From positions 120,001-152,000 of the forward strand of contig NC_000962.3 of assembly GCF_000195955.2 (NCBI RefSeq): a DNA stretch of 32,000 bases, given 5' to 3'. A program made the position numbers and the translations under genes. This DNA comes from Mycobacterium tuberculosis H37Rv (GTDB lineage Bacteria > Actinomycetota > Actinomycetes > Mycobacteriales > Mycobacteriaceae). Positions 1 to 8,600 of this stretch are shown here, piece by piece (within the stretch, counting starts at the first letter, position 1; the number at the start of each line of letters is the position of its first letter). The notes under the pieces are model-generated. The model saw nothing but the letters and a program-made list of their open reading frames with translations. It was not told the DNA's origin and ran no database searches.

Positions 1-2173
1 GGTTGAGCAGTCCGGCGGCGGCAATCGGGATGGCTGCGACGTTGTACCCGAACGCCCAGATCATGTTCATCCGGATCGTCCGCATGGTTGCACGGGCCAG
101 GTCCAGCGCCTGCGGAACAGTATTCAGATCATCGCGCACCAGAATGATGTCGGCTGCACCGAGCGCGACGTCGGTGCCACGCCCGATCGCCAACCCCAAG
201 TCGGCACCCACCAACGCGGGACCGTCGTTGATGCCGTCACCGACCATGGCGACGGTATGTCCTTCCTCGCGGAGCCGTTGGATCACGTCGACCTTGCCTT
301 CGGGCAGCATATCGGCGACAGCGGAGTCGATGCCGACCTGCGCCGCCACCGCGTCGGCGGCGGCCCGATTGTCGCCGGTGAGCAGAATCGTCCGCAGCCC
401 GCGGCTGCGTAGCGCAGCGACGGCGGCAGCCGCTGAATCCTTGAGGGTGTCGGCGATTGTCAGGGCTGCGCGGACGACACCGTCGACCGACACAAAAACG
501 ACAGTCTCGCCTCGGGATTCGCCGTCCAGGCGCGCGGACACCAGAGCCGCGTCGTGGCAGGGCGTGGTCCGGGTAATCCAGGATGGCTTGCCGACCTCAA
601 CGTGATGGCCGCCGACTTCCCCCGATACACCGCAGCCCGCGACGGCGACAAACCCGTTGACTGGACCCGGATCCGGCGAAGCGGCAACGATGGCCGCCGC
701 CATCGCATGCTCGGAAGCCGATTCGACAGCGGCGGCGAGGCCAAGCACTTCCTCGCGATCTCGCTCGCTGGTGCCTGAACCTGCCATTGTTACGGTGCTC
801 ACCGCCAGCTGCCCAACCGTCAACGTGCCGGTCTTGTCGAACACCACGGTGTCGATGCTCCGGATGGTTTCCAGTGCCCGGTACCCCTTGATAAAGATCC
901 CTAGCTGCGCTCCCCGTCCGGAAGCAACCATCATGGCGGTAGGTGTCGCGAGCCCAAGCGCACACGGGCACGCGATCACCAACACCCCTAGCGTGACCGA
1001 GAACGCGCGATCCGCGCCTGCGCCGCTGACGAGCCAGGCCGCACCTGCAAGTCCAGCAATGACGAAAACCACCGGCACGAACACGCCCGCGATGTGGTCG
1101 GCGAGGCGCTGGGCACGCGCCTTCTGCGTCTGGGCTTGCTCCACGAGGCGGACCATCGCGGCGAACTGGGTATCGGCCCCTACCGCGGTGGCCTCGATGA
1201 CCAGGCGGCCGTCCATCACGACCGTGCCCCCCACGACCGAGGCCGCCGGATAGGCACGGACCGGCTTGGCCTCACCGGTCATGGCGCTCATATCGATCGC
1301 CGCGCTGCCGTCGACAACGACTCCGTCAGCTGCGATGGTTTCCCCCGGCCGCGTCACGAAGCGCTGGCGCTTCTTGAGTTCGCTCGCCGGTATCACTAGC
1401 TCCGCGCCGTCGGGCAGCAGCACCGCCACATTCTTGGCGCCTAGCTCCGCCAGCGCACGCAGCGCGCTGCCGGCCTTGGACTTGGCTCGTGCTTCAAAGT
1501 AACGACCGGCAAGAACGAAGACGGTCACACCGGCCGCGACCTCGAGGTAGATCGAGTCGCTGTTGAGAATGGCCCGCCAGATTCCCGAGCCTTCCCGTGG
1601 CGGCTGATCGCCGAAGACGGACGAAAGCGACCAGGCGGTGGCGGCCACGATCCCGACCGAGATCAGCGTTTCCATGGATGTCGTCCGGTGGCGCGCGTTT
1701 CGCAGCGCGACCGAGTGGAAGGGCCATGCGGCCCAGGTCACAACCGGAGCGGCCAGGGCCGTCAATATGTATCCCCAGCCGGGAACCCTGGCGCTGGGGA
1801 CGATCGCGAACAACGTCGACAGGTCAGCCAGCGGCACGAACAACACCGCCGCGACTAGCAGCCGCCGCAGCAGTCTGCGGGCGTGGGCGCCGTCGGGATC
1901 CTTTGTCCGTTTGTCTAGGACGGTTGTCTCGGTGTGCGGTGCCGCGTGGTATCCGGCTTTCTCGACCACCCCGCACAGCTCATCGGCTGCCATGCCCACG
2001 GCATCGATGGTCGCGACGCGGGTTGCGAAGTTGACGGATGCGCGTACTCCGGGGATCTTGTTGAGCTTCGTCTCGACGCGGCTGGCACAGGCCGCACATG
2101 ACATACCCAAAACATCGAGCCGGATCCGCCGCACCGACTGCAGGTCGGCATCTCCCACAACTGGAGCCGCCAC
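1..2173 (-). CDS. ctpB: Cation-transporting P1B-type ATPase CtpB, partial (C-terminus beyond window start)
   Basis: Reverse-strand reading from GTG at 2173: [34 protein letters not shown] (HMA domain CxxC), then TGE, CPC transmembrane motif ([13 protein letters not shown]), [19 protein letters not shown]. The ORF runs off the window edge. Confidence 0.95.
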   Translation of the reverse strand, partial: MAAPVVGDADLQSVRRIRLDVLGMSCAACASRVETKLNKIPGVRASVNFATRVATIDAVGMAADELCGVVEKAGYHAAPHTETTVLDKRTKDPDGAHARRLLRRLLVAAVLFVPLADLSTLFAIVPSARVPGWGYILTALAAPVVTWAAWPFHSVALRNARHRTTSMETLISVGIVAATAWSLSSVFGDQPPREGSGIWRAILNSDSIYLEVAAGVTVFVLAGRYFEARAKSKAGSALRALAELGAKNVAVLLPDGAELVIPASELKKRQRFVTRPGETIAADGVVVDGSAAIDMSAMTGEAKPVRAYPAASVVGGTVVMDGRLVIEATAVGADTQFAAMVRLVEQAQTQKARAQRLADHIAGVFVPVVFVIAGLAGAAWLVSGAGADRAFSVTLGVLVIACPCALGLATPTAMMVASGRGAQLGIFIKGYRALETIRSIDTVVFDKTGTLTVGQLAVSTVTMAGSGTSERDREEVLGLAAAVESASEHAMAAAIVAASPDPGPVNGFVAVAGCGVSGEVGGHHVEVGKPSWITRTTPCHDAALVSARLDGESRGETVVFVSVDGVVRAALTIADTLKDSAAAAVAALRSRGLRTILLTGDNRAAADAVAAQVGIDSAVADMLPEGKVDVIQRLREEGHTVAMVGDGINDGPALVGADLGLAIGRGTDVALGAADIILVRDDLNTVPQALDLARATMRTIRMNMIWAFGYNVAAIPIAAAGLLN

Positions 2174-2316
2174 GGCCCTCCTCGGATCGGCGTATTTGCA
2201 CCCGTCAGCCTACAAGTCGTAAGCAGGCGGTAATCGGTTCCCTATGGCCCGCTGGATGCACTGGCGATGGATTCTTTTGGTCCGATTTCTGCGGTTGGCG
2301 TGCTAGGTTTCCGACT

Positions 2317-3831
2317 GTGACGCCCGTCACAACGTTTCCTCTCGTGGACGCGATCCTCGCTGGTCGCGACCGCAACCTTGACGGCGTTATCTTGATCGCC
2401 GCCCAACACCTGCTGCAAACAACGCACGCCATGCTGCGTTCGCTATTTCGGGTCGGCCTCGATCCGCGCAACGTCGCGGTGATCGGCAAGTGCTATTCCA
2501 CTCACCCGGGAGTTGTCGACGCGATGCGGGCCGACGGCATCTATGTCGACGATTGCAGCGACGCCTACGCACCCCACGAATCATTCGACACCCAGTACAC
2601 CCGCCACGTAGAACGGTTTTTCGCCGAATCCTGGGCGCGGCTTACGGCCGGGCGTACGGCTCGTGTCGTGCTCCTCGACGACGGCGGATCGCTGCTAGCC
2701 GTCGCCGGCGCCATGCTCGATGCGAGCGCCGACGTGATCGGAATCGAGCAGACGTCCGCCGGCTACGCCAAAATCGTCGGTTGTGCGCTGGGGTTTCCCG
2801 TCATCAACATCGCCCGCTCGTCGGCAAAGCTTCTATACGAGTCGCCGATCATCGCCGCACGCGTGACACAGACGGCATTCGAGCGCACCGCGGGCATCGA
2901 CTCAAGCGCAGCGATCCTGATCACCGGCGCGGGCGCAATCGGCACTGCCCTGGCCGATGTGCTGCGTCCGCTGCATGACCGGGTGGACGTGTACGACACG
3001 CGCTCCGGCTGTATGACGCCCATCGATCTTCCGAATGCGATCGGCGGCTATGACGTGATCATCGGTGCCACCGGCGCCACCAGTGTGCCCGCCAGCATGC
3101 ACGAATTGCTGCGCCCCGGCGTATTGCTGATGTCGGCGTCTTCGTCCGATCGCGAGTTCGATGCCGTCGCGTTGCGTCGGCGCACGACGCCCAATCCTGA
3201 CTGCCATGCCGACCTCAGGGTAGCCGACGGCAGTGTCGACGCTACCTTGTTGAATTCGGGCTTCCCGGTCAACTTTGACGGTTCGCCCATGTGCGGCGAT
3301 GCGTCGATGGCGCTCACGATGGCGTTGTTGGCGGCCGCGGTGTTGTATGCGTCGGTCGCGGTCGCCGACGAAATGTCATCCGATCATCCGCATCTCGGGC
3401 TGATCGACCAGGGCGACATCGTGGCATCGTTTCTGAACATCGACGTCCCGCTCCAAGCTCTCAGCCGGCTACCGTTGCTTTCGATCGATGGGTATCGCCG
3501 CCTTCAGGTGCGCTCCGGCTATACCTTGTTCCGCCAAGGTGAGCGGGCCGACCACTTCTTTGTCATCGAATCCGGCGAGCTTGAGGCGCTCGTCGACGGG
3601 AAGGTCATCCTTAGACTCGGTGCCGGAGACCACTTCGGCGAGGCGTGTTTGCTCGGTGGCATGCGGCGCATAGCGACGGTGCGGGCATGTGAGCCATCGG
3701 TCCTGTGGGAGCTCGACGGCAAGGCTTTCGGCGACGCGCTGCATGGGGACGCTGCAATGCGTGAGATCGCCTACGGTGTCGCTCGCACCCGGCTCATGCA
3801 CGCCGGCGCGTCCGAGTCCTTGATGGTGTAA
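2317..3831 (+). CDS. Conserved protein: S-adenosylhomocysteine-hydrolase-like / Rossmann NAD-binding region fused to a C-terminal cyclic-nucleotide-binding domain (Rv0104-like)
   Basis: GTG start at 2317 inside ORF 2098..3831. Rossmann-like ILITGAGAIGTALADVL. cNMP-domain-like FRQGERADHFFVIESGELEALVDGKVILRLGAGDHFGEACLLGG. Confidence 0.85.
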   Translation: MTPVTTFPLVDAILAGRDRNLDGVILIAAQHLLQTTHAMLRSLFRVGLDPRNVAVIGKCYSTHPGVVDAMRADGIYVDDCSDAYAPHESFDTQYTRHVERFFAESWARLTAGRTARVVLLDDGGSLLAVAGAMLDASADVIGIEQTSAGYAKIVGCALGFPVINIARSSAKLLYESPIIAARVTQTAFERTAGIDSSAAILITGAGAIGTALADVLRPLHDRVDVYDTRSGCMTPIDLPNAIGGYDVIIGATGATSVPASMHELLRPGVLLMSASSSDREFDAVALRRRTTPNPDCHADLRVADGSVDATLLNSGFPVNFDGSPMCGDASMALTMALLAAAVLYASVAVADEMSSDHPHLGLIDQGDIVASFLNIDVPLQALSRLPLLSIDGYRRLQVRSGYTLFRQGERADHFFVIESGELEALVDGKVILRLGAGDHFGEACLLGGMRRIATVRACEPSVLWELDGKAFGDALHGDAAMREIAYGVARTRLMHAGASESLMV

Positions 3832-3979
3832 CGGTCTTGCACTCGTGGGCTGTCGGCGGATCACGGGATCGTTATGCCGGTTCTTGCGAGTGACATAGGT
3901 TGACATACGTATAACCGGTCCCTGCGGTCGAACACGGCTTGACAATTGGACGAATCTCGTTGCGCGCCATCAGTTGTGC

Positions 3980-4264
3980 TCACAGGATCGCCGCCGTTCG
4001 GAGCGATGAGCCCGCTTGGCGCGCGAAGTGCGCCGGGGCGGATCCTGCCCGAGCCGCGCGACGACGGCCTCGATGCCCGTCGCGGTCGATGACCTTGATT
4101 CCTTGGGCGCTGACCCGCACCTTGATGCGGCGGTCCTCCGACGGTAAGTAGTAGGCCTTGAGCTGGATATTGGGCGGCCAACGTCGCCGAGTGCGGCGGT
4201 GTGAGTGCGACACAGCCTTACCGAAACCCACAGTGCGGCCGGTGATTTGGCAGCGGGCGGACAT
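3980..4264 (-). CDS. rpmB1: 50S ribosomal protein L28, zinc-independent (C-) paralogue; C-terminus appears frameshifted
   Basis: [34 protein letters not shown] is the L28 signature. There is no paired CxxC. Start ATG at 4264. Confidence 0.93.
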   Translation of the reverse strand: MSARCQITGRTVGFGKAVSHSHRRTRRRWPPNIQLKAYYLPSEDRRIKVRVSAQGIKVIDRDGHRGRRRAARAGSAPAHFARQAGSSLRTAAIL

Positions 4265-4290
4265 GGCGAACCTCCTCCCGGACCAGCCTG

Positions 4291-4309
4291 TTGAAAATAG
4301 TTTTCGACA
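4291..4309. promoter_or_regulatory. Candidate Zur box (rpmB1 side of the divergent promoter)
   Basis: TTGAAAATAGTTTTCGACA is a near-palindrome resembling the mycobacterial Zur motif TGAAAATnATTTTCA. It lies 27 bp upstream of rpmB1. Confidence 0.6.
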
Positions 4310-4344
4310 ACCGTTGCACGGCACGGTAGCGTGGGTGCAGTTTA

Positions 4345-4363
4345 ATGGCAATCATTTTCAATA
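4345..4363. promoter_or_regulatory. Candidate second Zur box (Rv0106 side)
   Basis: ATGGCAATCATTTTCAATA has a strong right half-site ATCATTTTCA and lies just upstream of the ATG at 4374. Confidence 0.55.
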
Positions 4364-4373
4364 AGGTTTGGCG

Positions 4374-5570
4374 ATGCGTACTCCGGTGATATTGGTGGCA
4401 GGTCAGGATCACACCGACGAGGTGACGGGCGCCTTGTTGCGCCGGACCGGAACGGTGGTCGTGGAGCACCGGTTTGACGGCCATGTGGTGCGACGGATGA
4501 CTGCCACGCTGAGCCGTGGCGAATTGATCACCACGGAGGACGCTTTGGAGTTCGCCCACGGCTGTGTGTCGTGCACAATCCGCGACGACCTGCTGGTGCT
4601 GTTACGCAGACTGCACCGCCGAGACAATGTCGGCCGGATCGTCGTGCACCTGGCGCCGTGGCTGGAGCCCCAGCCCATCTGCTGGGCGATCGACCACGTG
4701 CGGGTTTGCGTCGGACACGGATACCCAGACGGACCAGCCGCCCTCGACGTGCGGGTCGCGGCCGTGGTGACCTGTGTGGACTGCGTAAGGTGGCTGCCGC
4801 AGTCACTCGGCGAGGACGAACTGCCCGACGGGCGCACGGTGGCCCAAGTGACGGTCGGTCAGGCCGAGTTCGCCGACCTTCTGGTGCTGACCCACCCGGA
4901 ACCGGTCGCCGTGGCGGTTCTGCGCCGACTGGCCCCTCGAGCGCGAATCACCGGCGGCGTCGACCGCGTCGAGCTGGCGCTGGCGCATCTGGACGACAAC
5001 TCACGGAGGGGTCGTACCGATACCCCGCACACGCCATTGCTGGCGGGCCTGCCTCCGTTGGCAGCCGACGGTGAGGTTGCGATCGTGGAATTCAGTGCCC
5101 GCCGCCCGTTTCACCCGCAACGTCTGCATGCCGCGGTTGACCTGCTGCTCGATGGCGTGGTTCGCACTCGAGGTCGGCTGTGGCTGGCCAACCGGCCGGA
5201 TCAGGTCATGTGGCTCGAATCAGCCGGTGGCGGTCTGCGGGTCGCATCGGCCGGAAAGTGGTTGGCGGCGATGGCGGCCTCGGAGGTGGCCTATGTCGAC
5301 CTGGAGCGGCGGTTGTTCGCCGACCTGATGTGGGTCTACCCGTTCGGAGACCGGCACACCGCGATGACGGTACTGGTATGCGGCGCCGATCCGACCGACA
5401 TCGTCAATGCCCTGAACGCGGCGCTGCTCAGCGACGACGAAATGGCATCTCCGCAACGCTGGCAGTCCTACGTCGACCCTTTCGGCGACTGGCATGACGA
5501 CCCGTGCCACGAAATGCCCGATGCGGCTGGGGAATTCTCGGCACACCGCAACTCAGGAGAATCTCGATGA
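4374..5570 (+). CDS. COG0523 / CobW-like protein, putative zinc-homeostasis factor (Rv0106-like), with degenerate P-loop
   Basis: MRTPVILVAGQDHTDEVTGALLRRTGT...EFAHGCVSCTIRDDLLVLLRRL (degraded CxCC-type motif), plus a C-terminal CobW_C-like region. Divergent from L28. Confidence 0.85.
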   Translation: MRTPVILVAGQDHTDEVTGALLRRTGTVVVEHRFDGHVVRRMTATLSRGELITTEDALEFAHGCVSCTIRDDLLVLLRRLHRRDNVGRIVVHLAPWLEPQPICWAIDHVRVCVGHGYPDGPAALDVRVAAVVTCVDCVRWLPQSLGEDELPDGRTVAQVTVGQAEFADLLVLTHPEPVAVAVLRRLAPRARITGGVDRVELALAHLDDNSRRGRTDTPHTPLLAGLPPLAADGEVAIVEFSARRPFHPQRLHAAVDLLLDGVVRTRGRLWLANRPDQVMWLESAGGGLRVASAGKWLAAMAASEVAYVDLERRLFADLMWVYPFGDRHTAMTVLVCGADPTDIVNALNAALLSDDEMASPQRWQSYVDPFGDWHDDPCHEMPDAAGEFSAHRNSGESR

Positions 5571-5642
5571 AACCCCGGTATCCATCCCGACTACCAGCCC
5601 GTGGTACAGACGCCGACACTACGGCTCAGCGCGCGCTGGATG

Positions 5643-8600
5643 CTACCGAGGGCGTCGATAGGTTCTATCCACCCGCGTCAGAGTCTTCCGCGTCGTCAGG
5701 GCGTTCATCAGGTTGCACGACACCGACTGTGCTTGCCAACCACTTCGGTGCCAGCGCTGAGACTGCGGTGGCTCCTGCCGTGGCGCTGAAGACGCCCGTC
5801 CAGGCGACCGGTCCCAGCGGGGTACACCCGAAAAGTGGCTGATAACCGGGGTTTGAATGATGCCGACCAACACCCCGGCGCTGCCCAGTGCGGTGGCAAT
5901 GACGAGCGGACTGTGCCGGCGCGTCAGCAGTGTCTGCGCTAGCTGGGTCATCACGAGTGCAGTCAAACCCATTGTCGCCGTGCGTCGTTCGGTTCCGGGA
6001 GTCCAGCGCCCGATGGCCCAGGCTGCCGTTGCGCCGGCGGCGGTGACGACGCCGCGGTTAACGATCTGACGCAGCAATGGCGCGTCCAGCGAGGGCGTAG
6101 GCCCGATCAGCACCGCACGTCGATGTTCGCGCTGCGCTCGCTCGGCCGCGTCATCGGTTGGGTATTCGGCGTCGTCGGGTTCGGCAAACTGCGAGGTGAC
6201 GGCCACCGCAAGCGCGGGAAACATGTCGGTGAGCAGATTCACCAGCAGCAGTTGACGAGTCCCCACCGGCGCCCGCCCGGCCCCGAACGCCGTCCCGATG
6301 ACGGTGAACAGAACTTCGCCCACATTGCCGCCGACCAGAATCGTCACCGCGTCACGAACACCGGCCCACATGCTGCGGCCCTCGACCAGCGCGTCGAGCA
6401 GCACGCCCAGGTCATCGTCGGTCAGCACGATATCGGCGGCCCCACGGGCGGCAGAGGAACCGCGCCCGCTCACTCCGATGCCCACGTCGGCCATCCGGAT
6501 GGCCGCGGCGTCGTTGGCGCCGTCGCCGACCATCGCGGTCACTCGCCCGCAGCGCTGCAGCGCCGCCACAATCTGAACCTTTTGTTCCGGGCTGACCCGA
6601 GCAAAGACTTGCATGTCGGCGGCGAGTTTGGCATGCGCCTCCTCGTCCAGGACGGCAAGTTCGGCACCGGTCACGACTCGCGCGTCCGCCGGTAGTCCCA
6701 GCTGGCGGGCGATCGCCCGGGCGGTGATCGGATGGTCGCCGGTGATCAGCACCACGTTGCGCTCGGCGTCCAGCAAGGCTTCGATCAACGGACGCGAGGA
6801 AGACCGGGCCGTATCCGCCAATCCGACATAGCCGATCAGCTCGAGATCGTGCGCGACGGCGTCGACAGCGTCGGCGTCGGTCTCGTCATCATGGGTGGTC
6901 CCGTTGTCCCAGGTGCGCTGCGCGACTGCCAGAACACGCAGGCCCTGCTCGGCGAGGTGGCGTACCACGGATTCGGCATGTTCGTGGTCGACGCCCGGGT
7001 CGGCGAGTCGGCAGCGCGGCAGGATCGTCTCCGGAGCGCCCTTGAGCATCAACATCGGTATCCCGTCGGTGCCCACTCTGCCGATCGCGGCGGCGTAGCC
7101 GCGACTGGACTCAAACGGTACTTCGGCCAGCACCACCCACTCCGAATCGCCTTGGCTACTAAGCGAACCGGCCAGCGCACTAGCCGCCGCGAGGATCGCC
7201 TCATCGGTGGCGTGCGCGTGCCCTTCCCCGTTATGGGGCTGCGTGGACGCGCGCGCGGCGGCCCGCAGCACCTCGGCGGAGGGCGCATCGGTGGTCTGCG
7301 GCAACGGATCCCGTTCGGCTGCGGTGCTGCTCGGTAGCGCGCATACCACCCGCAGGCGGTTCTCGGTGAGTGTGCCGGTCTTGTCGAAACATATGGTGTC
7401 GACACGGCCCAGCGCCTCGATGGTGCGAGGCGAGCGCACCAGCGCCCCACGTGCCGTCAGGCGCTGGGCGGCGGCAAGCTGGGAGAGGGTGGCCACCAAC
7501 GGTAGACCCTCCGGGACCGCGGCCACCGCGATGGCGACGCCGTCGGCCACCGCTTGCCGCAGCGACGCCCGGCGCAGCAACGCCAGAGCTGTCACCGCGG
7601 CGCCGCCGGCCAACGTCATGGGCAGCACTTTGCTGGTCAGCTCGCGCAGCCGGGCCTGGACTCCGGCCGCCGTTTCGACATCGGCGACCGCCGAGATCGC
7701 GCGATGTGCGGCGGTGCCGACTCCGGTGGCTACCACGATCGCGCGGGCGTGTCCGGCGACGATGGTGCTGCCCTCAAACAGCATGCTGGCCCGGTCGGGG
7801 TCGTTGACGGCGACGGGGTCCACCTGCTTGTCCACCGGTAGCGACTCGCCGGTAAGAAAGGACTCGTCGACCTCGAGGTCTTCGGCCACCAGCAGGCGCG
7901 CATCCGCCGGGACCACCTCCGGCGCGGCCAGGTCGATGACATCGCCGACTCGCAGCGACTTCGCCGACACCGTGGCCGTCCGGGTGGCGTGCCGGGCCGC
8001 CTCCAGTCGACGTCGGGTAGTCGCTACCGCCGGCACCACCACCCGGCGCACCAGCTGGTCCTGCTCGGCGAATAGCTCGGCGGCCGCCGCCTCGGCTCGC
8101 AATCGTTGTACCCCACCGGTGATCGCGTTGACCGTCATCACGCCCGCTACCAGTAGCGCGTCGATATTGCTGCCGACAATCGCCGATGCTGCGGCGCCCA
8201 CCGCCAGGATCGGAGTCAGCGGATCGGCCAGTTCATGGCGGGTGGCCACCGCCAGCTGCGCCAAGGTTCGTGCCGGGCCGCGCAGCGGCGCCATCACCGG
8301 TTCGTAGGACAGGTCGTCCAGAATGCGCCGCCAGGCCGGGATTCCGGGTTCGACGGCCAAGGGTCGGGAGCCGCCGGCTAGCCGCGAGTAGACGATCTCG
8401 GGGTCCAGCGCGTGCCAGGCGGTCAGCGGTTGCGGGGTGGGGTCGGGCATCCGCAGCACCTTGGCGGCCGACCACATTCCGGACACCAAAGCCGTTGCGG
8501 CAGCGGCATTGACCGGATTGAGCCAGCGACGGAAGCTGGCTGGGTTGGTGGTTTTGTCCTGCTCACCGGTGACCAACAACAGCCCGGCCAAGGTGGTGCC

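Noticed and set aside
3890-3945. Two TTGACA-like hexamers (in GGTTGACATACG and GCTTGACAATTG) as promoters for a forward gene opposite rpmB1
   Set aside because: No convincing -10 at 16-18 bp, and the only downstream forward ORF (3939..4151) lacks coding character and lies antisense to L28.
7207-8307. 366-aa forward ORF antisense to ctpI
   Set aside because: Ser/Arg/Ala-rich shadow of the well-supported ctpI frame.
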